Shown here: piece by piece, positions 1 through 8,456 of the stretch
Layout of the letters: each line of letters opens with the position of its first letter
How positions within the stretch are numbered: the first letter of the stretch is position 1
DNA from: Sphaerochaetaceae bacterium
GTDB lineage: Bacteria; Spirochaetota; Spirochaetia; Sphaerochaetales; Sphaerochaetaceae
Direction of reading: 5' to 3'
Length of the DNA stretch: 33,578 bases
Assembly (NCBI GenBank): GCA_041678405.1
Contig: JBAYOE010000001.1
Location: 1-33,578, forward strand
The notes under the pieces: model-generated
What the model saw: the letters and a program-made list of their open reading frames with translations, nothing else
Databases searched by the model: none
What the model was told of the DNA's origin: nothing
Translations under genes and position numbers: made by a program

Positions 1-568
1 CGTATGAACCTGTTGGCAGACAAGTGTAATAGCGGGCAGTCCCTGTCGAATTGTTGAAATCAAATGCAGAGCTTACATCCTGTTCGACTTCTCCCTGAGC
101 CTTTAGCTTAAGAATTAAACCCATATCGGAAAAAGAGGTCTCTTCCCAGTTAAATCCGATATCGACATACCCCTCACCGCTGAATTGATTTAAGTTAATC
201 TCAACAACATTTGCCCTGGTAGTCAGATGGTGTGTTTTAGAACCGGTGGCTATGGTTGTTCCCTGTTGATTGACCCCCTTAACCGTGATATTCCATGTCC
301 CTATTACTAAAGAGTTAACCTCAATTTGAGTACTGTTGGTGGTTATCGAAAAAGAGCTGGAATTAGGCCCACTGCCGGTTACTATATAACCAGTGATTGA
401 TAAACTTTCTCCTTCGGGACTGATGACTTCGCGGGTCGTAGACCGTAAACTCTCATCGACGCTAAATCTCATTCTGAGATTCACTGATTGCTGTGCTTCC
501 TGGCAACCAAATAGGAAGATTATGGAAAGTAAAACCAAAGCTATGCTATAATAAGGATACTTTTTCAT
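1..568 (-). CDS. Secreted lipoprotein, N-terminal ~189 codons (gene continues beyond the left edge)
   Basis: Absent from the ORF track because it is truncated. My minus-strand translation from ATG (566-568) reads MKKYPYYSIALVLLSIIFLFGCQEAQQSVNLRMRF...GTARYYTCLPTGSY with no stop down to position 1. Lipobox LFG|C. GGAGG (574-578, minus strand) lies 5 nt upstream of the ATG. Confidence 0.75.
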   Translation of the reverse strand, partial: MKKYPYYSIALVLLSIIFLFGCQEAQQSVNLRMRFSVDESLRSTTREVISPEGESLSITGYIVTGSGPNSSSFSITTNSTQIEVNSLVIGTWNITVKGVNQQGTTIATGSKTHHLTTRANVVEINLNQFSGEGYVDIGFNWEETSFSDMGLILKLKAQGEVEQDVSSAFDFNNSTGTARYYTCLPTGSY

Positions 569-630
569 ATAGGCCTCCAACGACTATATGCCTCGGTAAG
601 CCAAAATGCTTCAAAAGTAAAGAATCCTGA

Positions 631-659
631 TTGAATTAAACATTGGATGGTGGTAAAAA
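631..659 (+). promoter_or_regulatory. Candidate sigma70-type promoter for the ptsN-like operon (TTGAAT-17 nt-TGgTAAAAA)
   Basis: TTGAAT at 631-636, a 17-nt spacer, and TAAAAA at 654-659 preceded by a TG extended -10 element (651-652). The ATG at 666 is 7 nt after the -10 and has no SD. Confidence 0.3.
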
Positions 660-665
660 AGCGGT

Positions 666-1112
666 ATGAAACTTAAAAACGTATTAAAACCTTCAGTTGT
701 CGTAACCTCTCTTAAAGGGGAGACTAAAGAGGAAATCATCGAAGAGCTTTTAGACATTTTAGTCAAAGACAAACAGGTAAAAGATCGCCATGAAGCTCTT
801 AAAGATCTTGTCCAACGGGAGCAAAAGATGTCAACCGGAATTCAATATTCTGTAGCGATTCCCCATGCAAAGACTAAAGCCGTCACTAAATTGGCTGCCT
901 GCATCGGAATAAAAAAAGAGGGCATTGATTTTGCTTCACTTGACGGAGAGCCGAGTAAAATATTTATTATGACTCTCTCTCCAGTAGATCGTGTCGGACC
1001 GCATGTTCAGTTTTTGGCTGAAGTAAGTATGGTTTTAAAAAGTAAAAAAGCGCGTGAGATTCTTTTGGAAGCTGAAACAGCTCAGGACGTTTTGGCAGTA
1101 TTTGGTCTGTGA
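666..1112 (+). CDS. ptsN: PTS EIIA type-2 protein, stand-alone nitrogen-regulatory (PtsN/EIIA-Ntr)-like
   Basis: 148 aa. The layout matches the EIIA-2 family, with a phosphorylatable His in SVAIPHAKT. The stand-alone size is typical of PtsN. Confidence 0.75.
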   Translation: MKLKNVLKPSVVVTSLKGETKEEIIEELLDILVKDKQVKDRHEALKDLVQREQKMSTGIQYSVAIPHAKTKAVTKLAACIGIKKEGIDFASLDGEPSKIFIMTLSPVDRVGPHVQFLAEVSMVLKSKKAREILLEAETAQDVLAVFGL

Positions 1113-1121
1113 GAAAATAAT

Positions 1122-2732
1122 ATGACAGAGAAAATGATGATTCTAGTCCTCCAATTGGGGGTAATACTGATTGCTGCAAAATTAGGCGGATGGTTTTTTT
1201 CCAGAAAACTAAACCAATCCCAGGTTCTTGGAGAGTTAGTTGTTGGGATGCTTTTGGGGCCGCACCTTTTGGGAGCAATTCCCTTGGGCTCTTTTGGCCC
1301 TCTGTTTCCTCTCCTCGAGGGATCCGTTGCAGTTTCTGCTCCTCTTTATGCCATCTCTACCATAGGCTCGATACTGCTTCTTTTTACCAGCGGCTTAGAA
1401 ACTGATTTGCCGACATTCATCCGCTTCAGCGGAAAAGCAACAGTGGTAGGATTGGGGGGAGTGGTAGTTTCTTTCTTTTTGGGAGCGGGACTGACGGTAC
1501 TGCTCCATCCGGAAATAGGGTCGATAATGGCTCCCGAAGCACTTTTTCTGGGAACTGTTATCACGGCAACGTCAATAGGAATAACTGCTAGAATTTTACA
1601 GGATAGCCGTAAAATTTCAACTCCTGAAGGGGTTACCATTTTAGCAGCAGCAGTTTTAGATGATGTGTTGAGCATTATTTTGCTTTCGGTTGTCGTGGGA
1701 GTATCAGCTGCCGAAATGGGCTCAGGCTCAGTAGTCTTTTCGGAAATAGGATTCATTGCCCTGAAAGCAGTCGGTTTTTGGTTAATATGTATGGTTTTGG
1801 GGATTTTCCTTGCCCCGAAATTCACCCATAAAATGAAGAAATTCGAGTCTATAAGTCTCATTGCAGAGGTCTCTTTTGGGATAGCGCTCCTATTAGCCGG
1901 ATTTTCGGAGTTATCGGGACTTGCAATGATTATCGGTGCTTATATTACAGGTCTTGCCCTCAGTCAGACAGATGTCGCTTTTGAGATTACCGAGCGGGTC
2001 AAGGTAGTCGGAGAATACTTTGTTCCGGTGTTCTTTGTTGTCATGGGGATGATGGTCGATTTTAAGAGCATGAAAGGAACTCTCGTTTTTGGAATTCTTT
2101 TCAGTATTTTAGCATTTGTCGGGAAACTGATTGGTTGCGGTCTGCCGGCTTTATTTGTCGGTTTTAATCTCAGGGGAGCCTATCGGATTGGTGCAGGGAT
2201 GTTGCCCAGGGGAGAGGTTACTTTAATCGTAGCCGGTATAGGGCTCTCAAGCGGAGCCATCGGAGCCGATATGTTTGGAGTCGCGGTAATGACAATGCTC
2301 TTAGCCTCTTTTGCAGCTCCTCCGTTTTTAATACACTCTTTTAAAGGGGGCAGCGGTTATAAAAAAGAGGTCGGAAAACCAATAGCCGAAGATATTACAA
2401 CTATAGAATTGGAATTTCCCTCCGAACGGACTGCTGAATATGTGAGGCGTTCTTTAGCCGTTGCTTTTAGAAGCGAAGGATTTTTTATTACAACGATTGA
2501 AGGTTCGATTAGAAGTTGGCAAATTCGAAAAGAACAACAGGTGATTGTGATGAGTAGGGTAGGAGCTAAGTTGGAATTATCGGGTAAAAAATGGGATGAA
2601 GGTTACCGCAGATTGATGCTTTTTGAAGCACTGGTAGAGTTACAGGAGTTTGCCGACAGTCTCAAGGGGATGGAAAAACCCGAAATGATGGGAGCCTCTC
2701 TTGTTATGGATATATTTAAATCAGAAGAGTAG
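1122..2732 (+). CDS. Cation:proton antiporter (CPA2/Kef-type Na_H_Exchanger) with a ~130-aa soluble C-terminal domain of unknown type
   Basis: 536 aa with about 12 hydrophobic helices (GELVVGMLLGP..., LPRGEVTLIVA...). Starts 9 nt after the ptsN-like stop. The C-terminal ~130 aa are hydrophilic and show no obvious TrkA-N/RCK GxGxxG motif. Confidence 0.8.
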   Translation: MTEKMMILVLQLGVILIAAKLGGWFFSRKLNQSQVLGELVVGMLLGPHLLGAIPLGSFGPLFPLLEGSVAVSAPLYAISTIGSILLLFTSGLETDLPTFIRFSGKATVVGLGGVVVSFFLGAGLTVLLHPEIGSIMAPEALFLGTVITATSIGITARILQDSRKISTPEGVTILAAAVLDDVLSIILLSVVVGVSAAEMGSGSVVFSEIGFIALKAVGFWLICMVLGIFLAPKFTHKMKKFESISLIAEVSFGIALLLAGFSELSGLAMIIGAYITGLALSQTDVAFEITERVKVVGEYFVPVFFVVMGMMVDFKSMKGTLVFGILFSILAFVGKLIGCGLPALFVGFNLRGAYRIGAGMLPRGEVTLIVAGIGLSSGAIGADMFGVAVMTMLLASFAAPPFLIHSFKGGSGYKKEVGKPIAEDITTIELEFPSERTAEYVRRSLAVAFRSEGFFITTIEGSIRSWQIRKEQQVIVMSRVGAKLELSGKKWDEGYRRLMLFEALVELQEFADSLKGMEKPEMMGASLVMDIFKSEE

Positions 2733-2741
2733 AAAAAGAAG

Positions 2742-3221
2742 ATGAAAACACTCCTTAAAGTTCTCCTGTTACTGGTCTTTGGTCTTATAGTATTTTTACC
2801 TATGAGAGGAGTTTCAAGAATCCTCTATTTAGGTCTGTATATTTTATTGGCTATAATACTTGTTTCTTACTACGTTGTTGCCTATTGGGTCAGTAAGAAG
2901 CATGCCGCAAAATATATGGAAGGTTTTTCCCTTTTTGTCTCTAAAATTCCACCTATGAACAGTGAAGATTTTATCAGAGGAAGGTTGGTAATAACACCAA
3001 AAAAAATAGCTCTTTTTCAAAAAGAGAGTCTGATGAGATTAAGAGAAGTTTGGAGTGTTGCTACGGCGAAAGTCGAAAGTTACACAACTGCAAAAGTGAT
3101 GGGCAAAAGAGAAGGTTTGATTTTAAATCTCGGGGACTCAAAAGAGGCTAAGTTTATTATCCGTAAAGCCGATAAAAAAAGCGAAAACATAAAAAAAGGG
3201 TTAGGCTGGTCAGATAATTAA
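2742..3221 (+). CDS. Hypothetical membrane protein (2 TM helices plus a beta-rich cytoplasmic domain, possibly bPH/GRAM-like)
   Basis: 159 aa. Starts 9 nt after the antiporter stop. Two N-terminal hydrophobic helices. The domain assignment (GRLVITPKKIALFQKE...) is a guess. Confidence 0.6.
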   Translation: MKTLLKVLLLLVFGLIVFLPMRGVSRILYLGLYILLAIILVSYYVVAYWVSKKHAAKYMEGFSLFVSKIPPMNSEDFIRGRLVITPKKIALFQKESLMRLREVWSVATAKVESYTTAKVMGKREGLILNLGDSKEAKFIIRKADKKSENIKKGLGWSDN

Positions 3222-3292
3222 GTAGATAGTGCTAGCACTAAAAGACAATTGTTCTCCCAAATGGGTCTTGGTAGGCTCTTCTTGGAGAGACA

Positions 3293-3844
3293 ATGAAATA
3301 CCTACTGCTTATTATAATTTTATTGATACCACTAAATCTAGCTGCCGAACAAAAGAACGGAATCGACTTTTTTGTTACTGCCGATACTTTTGTAATCGAT
3401 GCCGCTTGGACAAAACAAGTAGCCATTAAAGTTGGTTTACAGTTAATTGAAAGCAGCGGTGTAGGGGTTAAACTCCCCTTTAATTTTGTTATAGACCGCA
3501 GCGGTTCTTCTGAAGCTATTTTTGAGAGTGCATTACAGCTTGTTTTCTACCCTTGGCAAAAAGGACCATTCATCAATCTTACTTTAGCTCAGATAGATCT
3601 GTTTATAGGCCCTTACCTTCCCCCTCAAAAAATCCACTATCTTAATGAGATAGCTTTCGGCTACACATACCGATTTTTGCCCAGTTGGTTTGTTCAACTC
3701 TCACTCCTATACCGCGACCCCTCAAATACTTTCATCGAAAGCTTTGAATATATAAACAGTCATATCCCTTCGTTTCAGAAGTTCAGATTTTCTTTGGAGT
3801 TTGGTTGGAAATTTTTAACTGTTTCTGCCAAAGAGGAGAAATAA
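3293..3844 (+). CDS. Hypothetical secreted protein, small OM beta-barrel-like
   Basis: 183 aa. Signal peptide MKYLLLIIILLIPLNLAAE. Alternating beta-strand pattern with aromatic-rich strand ends (FSLEFGWKF near the C-terminus). GGAGAG 5 nt upstream of the ATG. Confidence 0.6.
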   Translation: MKYLLLIIILLIPLNLAAEQKNGIDFFVTADTFVIDAAWTKQVAIKVGLQLIESSGVGVKLPFNFVIDRSGSSEAIFESALQLVFYPWQKGPFINLTLAQIDLFIGPYLPPQKIHYLNEIAFGYTYRFLPSWFVQLSLLYRDPSNTFIESFEYINSHIPSFQKFRFSLEFGWKFLTVSAKEEK

Positions 3845-3857
3845 GGAGGTCTTTAAG

Positions 3858-4715
3858 ATGAATAGCAAAGCTTTGTTTACCGATTTTGTCTCTATTGTGG
3901 TTCTTATTTGCCTGTTGGGGTGCTCTTTGGCTCTGGATGTAACACCAAATTCCAGTGTTAACGAGTCAATTATGATTCCCGTAGTGGAAAGGCTTTTGAA
4001 TGACCAGTTGGAGGTGGTTACCCCTGTATTGGAAGAAAACGGAGAGTTATCGCTAAACAGTCGTTCCTTTTTACTGAATACCAGCGGTAAAACAGTTATT
4101 GAAAATATGCTAAAAGAGGAAGGCGGCTCAGACTATCTGAGTTTTAGTTATGCTGTCGCATCCAATCAAAGCAGCGACTCTCTCTTAAGAGAAGCGGCAA
4201 AAATAGTCCCACAAGAGGAATTTTCCCTCTTAGCGGAAGAGATGGTTAATACTGAAAGATCCCTTTTAAATTCAAGAGTTTTGGAAAGCAGAGCCATTCC
4301 CCCCAGCCAAAGAGCCGACTTTTTAAGGGATTTGCAAAAGCTTGTCACAAAAACATTGGTTCTGATGGTTGCCGGTATTATATATGCCTGTATTCCTAAT
4401 GTTATCTTTTGGGGTAAAATCACTGCGGCTGCAGCTGTCAGTGTTGCAGCCGGTATTGTTGCCACAACGGTTATGAGTTTGTATCGCTACTATAAATACA
4501 GTGACAAACCTTTATCACAAACATTTCAAGAGTGGATTATTGACGTGACAACAGACCCTACTGCCGCTTATGCCGTGGCAGCCTCAATGACGGCTGTAGG
4601 TAAAACAATGACTAACGGACCGGTTGTAACCGGATTGATTATCATTGTCTTCTCTCTTTATCAGGTTATGGATTTGGTAAAGCCGCTTTTAAAAAAATAT
4701 AATTTTGACGCCTGA
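3858..4715 (+). CDS. Hypothetical lipoprotein-like protein with ~3 C-terminal TM helices
   Basis: 285 aa. Strong AAGGAGG RBS. Lipobox LLG|C at the N-terminus. Hydrophobic helices at about residues 165-185, 190-210 and 255-275. Confidence 0.65.
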   Translation: MNSKALFTDFVSIVVLICLLGCSLALDVTPNSSVNESIMIPVVERLLNDQLEVVTPVLEENGELSLNSRSFLLNTSGKTVIENMLKEEGGSDYLSFSYAVASNQSSDSLLREAAKIVPQEEFSLLAEEMVNTERSLLNSRVLESRAIPPSQRADFLRDLQKLVTKTLVLMVAGIIYACIPNVIFWGKITAAAAVSVAAGIVATTVMSLYRYYKYSDKPLSQTFQEWIIDVTTDPTAAYAVAASMTAVGKTMTNGPVVTGLIIIVFSLYQVMDLVKPLLKKYNFDA

Positions 4716-4750
4716 TTCTACAGTTTGGTTGCCCCGCCTATTTAAATGTG

Positions 4751-4789
4751 AAATAATGCTCCTAAAGTTGGTAGTTAGGAGCATTATTT
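4751..4789 (+). promoter_or_regulatory. Perfect 15-bp stem / 9-nt loop hairpin whose 3' arm contains the pepT Shine-Dalgarno sequence
   Basis: aaataatgctcctaa (4751-4765) pairs base-for-base with ttaggagcattattt (4775-4789). AGGAG (4777-4781) lies 8 nt before the ATG at 4790. There is no real U-tract after the stem. Confidence 0.6.
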
Positions 4790-6025
4790 ATGAGACAAAA
4801 CATTGTGAACCGTTTTTTGAGATATGTGAAAGTCGATACGATGAGTAAGCCGCAATTTATCGACAGAAGACCCTCAACAGAGGGGCAAGTTGAACTGTTA
4901 AGCATAGTTAAAAAAGAACTGTTGGAATTGGGGCTTAACGATATTTTTTTAGATCCCAACGGCTATTTGATAGCTCGGATTCCTTCTAACCTTCCCAAAG
5001 GGAAAAGGGCGCCGACAATAGGTTTTATGGCTCATGTCGATGTTGCCGACGATATCATGGGTGACGGAGTTAAAGCTCGCTTAATCGAGAATTACGACGG
5101 CAAAGATATTAATCTTAACGATAACTATACTCTTAAAGTAGAAGAAAATCCTCACCTTTTAAACCATATAGGAGAGCAAATCATTGTAACTGACGGAACT
5201 ACGTTGCTCGGTGGTGATAACAAAGCCGGTGTTGCAATATTAGTCTCTTTGGCAGAACAACTTTTTAAAAGTCAAAGAGAACACGGAGAGGTTGAACTCA
5301 TTTTCACCACAGACGAAGAGACGGGGCGGGGAATGGATGATTTTAACATAAAGCTCTTAAATTCAAAGTTTTGTTACACTGTTGATGGGTCGGCCAAAGG
5401 GGAGGTGGAAGCGGAATGTTTTAACGCAGCTACAGTTAGAGTCAATTTTTATGGGGTTCCGTTTCATTTGGGGGCAGCAAGGGGTAAAATGGTTAACAGT
5501 GTTGCCATGGCAGCCTCTTTTATCTGTGCTTTACCCCGCAATGAGAGCCCGGAAGCAACTGACGGAAGATACGGCTACTACAGTGTTGATGACATTAAAG
5601 GCTCAATAGAGAATACTGAAGCAATCTTTTACCTCAGAGATTTCGACTTTGACAACCTTACAAGGAGGATAAAAACTTTAGAAAAACTGGCTAAGGTCAC
5701 CAAAGAGTTGTTTGTAGGGGGCGATGTTGAAATTGAGAGTGAAATAGTTTATCGCAATATGTATGATGCGATAAAAAAAGAGCCTAAGGTGATGGGTAAT
5801 TTATTTGCTGCAGCTAAAAAACTAAATATTCCTTTAACCGAAAAAATCATCAGAGGGGGTACGGACGGTGCCAGGTTGGCTGAAATGGGCATTCCTGCTC
5901 CCAATATTTATACCGGCTCATACAATCTCCACTCCCGTTATGAACATGTGGTTGTCTCAACTATGCTTGAGGCCGCCAAATTGGTTGAAGAGCTTGTTTA
6001 CACATGGGCAGGAGATGAGTGTTGA
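4790..6025 (+). CDS. pepT: Peptidase T (tripeptide aminopeptidase, M20B)
   Basis: 411 aa, collinear with PepT as I remember it: RFLRYVKVDT, PSTEGQ, GFMAHVD, TDGTTLLGGDNKAG, FTTDEETG, IRGGTDGA. Confidence 0.92.
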   Translation: MRQNIVNRFLRYVKVDTMSKPQFIDRRPSTEGQVELLSIVKKELLELGLNDIFLDPNGYLIARIPSNLPKGKRAPTIGFMAHVDVADDIMGDGVKARLIENYDGKDINLNDNYTLKVEENPHLLNHIGEQIIVTDGTTLLGGDNKAGVAILVSLAEQLFKSQREHGEVELIFTTDEETGRGMDDFNIKLLNSKFCYTVDGSAKGEVEAECFNAATVRVNFYGVPFHLGAARGKMVNSVAMAASFICALPRNESPEATDGRYGYYSVDDIKGSIENTEAIFYLRDFDFDNLTRRIKTLEKLAKVTKELFVGGDVEIESEIVYRNMYDAIKKEPKVMGNLFAAAKKLNIPLTEKIIRGGTDGARLAEMGIPAPNIYTGSYNLHSRYEHVVVSTMLEAAKLVEELVYTWAGDEC

Positions 6026-7065
6026 AAAAACTCTTTTTTCTCCTTTTTTTCTTACTCTCTGTCCAAAGCCTCCTTTTGGGATCAATTTTTGTCACTGCCG
6101 ATGATTATCAGCTAAAAGAGAAAACCGAAGAGGTATTTTTAAGGGAACTCGGGTGGAAAATTGATTATGCCAACAAAGTATCGGTTGAGCTTAAAAACCT
6201 CTCTTTAAATAGAGATATCTTTATTGATAAAGAGTATTTCAGTGCAATTTTATCTGTTACGGCAGACAGAACAACAAACAGCTTGGAGTTCTCCTTTTTG
6301 ATCGGCGAGGATCAAGAGTTTTTAAAACTGTATGAGAAAAAACTGGTTGATCTTATCAGAGAAAACTCTTACCGTTGGTTTGATTTGGAGAGTGAATATA
6401 AAATAGACGATGTTTTGGAAGCGGGTTTTTGGAGTGTCGCAGAACAGGAAAGTTTCTTTGTGGGTGAGAGGATATTTTTAGAAGATTACAGAAAAAATGC
6501 GATTGGGCTTTTAACGGTCAGCGATAAACAGAATTTTGAAAACAAGACTCTCTATGAACTAAAACCTCTCTGGGCAAAGCAGAGTATAATAAAAGGGATG
6601 CCCCTCAGCGCCAATATGGATAAAGGCTCTTCTGCAGTCTCTCTGCATCTGTTTGTAAACAAAATAGGAATCTCTTTTTCCTACGATACCTACTTTAAAG
6701 GCTCTCTCTTTAGATTTGTTGGTGAAGCGGAAGCTTCTGTCGATTTTTACTCTTATGCAGTACAAACTCTCTTTTATGGGGGCTTCTTAAGAACATTGTC
6801 TTTAGGTTCTTTAGCTAAAAAAGAGAGTATAGGGAAATGGTGGACAAACATCAGTTTTACTGCAGCAGTTAAACTGGGGGTGGGATTTGCAAAAGAGGGT
6901 CAATTTAATTTTATTTATGGTACAAAAGGGACTTTAGTATTTTCTTATCACAGTTGTGCACGTCTATTTTATTCGATAGGACTCTCTTACAGGTATCTGT
7001 TTGACAGTTATGTGAGTGATTTAGAGAGCTTAAGTATAGTATCATCTATAGGGTGGTTATGGTAA
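6019..7065 (+). CDS. Hypothetical secreted protein: N-terminal soluble domain plus C-terminal OM beta-barrel-like half
   Basis: 348 aa. GTG/TTG start overlapping the pepT stop. Signal peptide. The C-terminal ~150 aa show alternating beta-strands and end in the aromatic SIGWLW. Confidence 0.6.
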   Translation: MLKKLFFLLFFLLSVQSLLLGSIFVTADDYQLKEKTEEVFLRELGWKIDYANKVSVELKNLSLNRDIFIDKEYFSAILSVTADRTTNSLEFSFLIGEDQEFLKLYEKKLVDLIRENSYRWFDLESEYKIDDVLEAGFWSVAEQESFFVGERIFLEDYRKNAIGLLTVSDKQNFENKTLYELKPLWAKQSIIKGMPLSANMDKGSSAVSLHLFVNKIGISFSYDTYFKGSLFRFVGEAEASVDFYSYAVQTLFYGGFLRTLSLGSLAKKESIGKWWTNISFTAAVKLGVGFAKEGQFNFIYGTKGTLVFSYHSCARLFYSIGLSYRYLFDSYVSDLESLSIVSSIGWLW

Positions 7066-7076
7066 AATCTGACAAA

Positions 7077-8456
7077 ATGAAAAAACCTATTCTTCTTGTA
7101 GCGTTGTTAATAATAATCACTCTTTTAAGCGGTTGTACAAGTCTGTCAACTTGGATGAAATCAAACGTTGAAGGGGTGCCCATTTGGGTATATGAACGCC
7201 CTGCTTCACGGACTCAGATTTCAATAGTTGCCAAAGGGGATTCGGACAGTGAAGCAAAGGCAAAAGTATTGGCCTACGAATCTCTTTTACAACAGATATC
7301 GAATATGATAGGTGAAGATGTAACGCCTCTTTATATGGCTCAACTGACAAAGAGTAAAACAATTGACCGCTATAGATTGAAAATCAGTCAGGAGTTTGTT
7401 AAGAAAGAGGAGAATAATGTCAGTATTTGGATTCTGGCCACAGCCGAACGCTCCTTAATCGAACAGGCCCGTACAGCAGCCGAACTCTCTTTACTTGAAA
7501 GAGAGAAAGAGATTGAGAAGTACGATAAAGAGGCTGCCAAGAACTACCGCGAGAATAAAGATCTATTGGCTTTAAACGGTTATATAAAAATGGCGACTCT
7601 TGCCACACTAAGATCTAAATACACATTTGAAAACTCTGTAGCCAAGATTAAAAATATTTTACAAAAACTTAATCTCTCTATAAGCCAAACAAAAGAGGAA
7701 CTTCCAATTACAACGGTTACGCTGCGCAGAGGAGCCCGAAGACTGTCAGCCAGGGTTAAAGAAGCTGCTGTTGTTGCCCACTATTTCAATCACGATGCTA
7801 TGGGAAATTTATATGAAGCTCACCACCGTTTTGTGACAGATAACAGCGGGCAGTTTGTTTATAGAAATCTCAGTCCCACGTTAGTCAGAAGCGGCCAAAT
7901 CTGCTTTGAACTCGACTTAAAAGAGGCATTGGAACCGTTGAAAGAGATAAACAGGGATGTTTATGAAGAGTTGGTTGGGATTGTTGAAGGGAAGAAAGTT
8001 TGTTTCTCCTATTTCAGAGACCCTATAGTTGCCCAAAATTCTCTTGTTGTTGCTATTGGCGAATATTCTCTCAGAGGCCAGCTTCTTGACTCAAATACCT
8101 GTGCCACCGCTGTAAAAGAGTATTTTGAAAAAGATGAGATAGAAGTTTTAGTCGAGAACGGTTTTGAGCAAGAAGAACAACTTTTTGAGTTCATCGATAA
8201 AAAATACTCCCCATCTTTCTATTTGGTCTACGGTAATGTAGGAATTACCCAAAGCAGAGAGGGTGAGCACAACTCATTAGTTGCTGTTTCCGGTGAGATT
8301 AATCTTATTAACAGAGAGACAAAAGCTTTAATAGGATCAACTCAAAGTATCTCAGCTGTAGGGATAGGTTCAACTTTGCAGGAGGCCCAAGATGAAGCTT
8401 TTTATCGACTGGGTCTTATCGCAACTTCGTTAATAAACAGGTTTCTTTACCGCTAA
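7077..8456 (+). CDS. Lipoprotein with an LPP20-like N-terminal domain and a CsgG/LpoB-like C-terminal domain (tentative)
   Basis: MKKPILLVALLIIITLLSG|C lipobox. The ORF track offers an alternative GTG start at 7053. VPIWVYERP...IVAKGDSDSEAKAKVLAYESLLQQIS resembles LPP20/FlgP-type domains. The fold calls are from memory only. Confidence 0.6.
   Translation: MKKPILLVALLIIITLLSGCTSLSTWMKSNVEGVPIWVYERPASRTQISIVAKGDSDSEAKAKVLAYESLLQQISNMIGEDVTPLYMAQLTKSKTIDRYRLKISQEFVKKEENNVSIWILATAERSLIEQARTAAELSLLEREKEIEKYDKEAAKNYRENKDLLALNGYIKMATLATLRSKYTFENSVAKIKNILQKLNLSISQTKEELPITTVTLRRGARRLSARVKEAAVVAHYFNHDAMGNLYEAHHRFVTDNSGQFVYRNLSPTLVRSGQICFELDLKEALEPLKEINRDVYEELVGIVEGKKVCFSYFRDPIVAQNSLVVAIGEYSLRGQLLDSNTCATAVKEYFEKDEIEVLVENGFEQEEQLFEFIDKKYSPSFYLVYGNVGITQSREGEHNSLVAVSGEINLINRETKALIGSTQSISAVGIGSTLQEAQDEAFYRLGLIATSLINRFLYR

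Noticed and set aside
1346-1861. A 171-aa antisense ORF inside the antiporter gene.
   Set aside because: It has no RBS and no recognisable motifs, and it lies opposite a well-supported 12-TM transporter frame.
3229-3429. Two overlapping 62-66-aa ORFs at the start of the 183-aa secreted protein gene.
   Set aside because: They overlap a better-supported ORF that has a signal peptide and a GGAGAG RBS, and they have no features of their own.
5382-6104. Alternative-frame ORFs (75 and 78 aa) inside and at the end of pepT.
   Set aside because: They are embedded in the strongly supported PepT frame and have no RBS or motifs.
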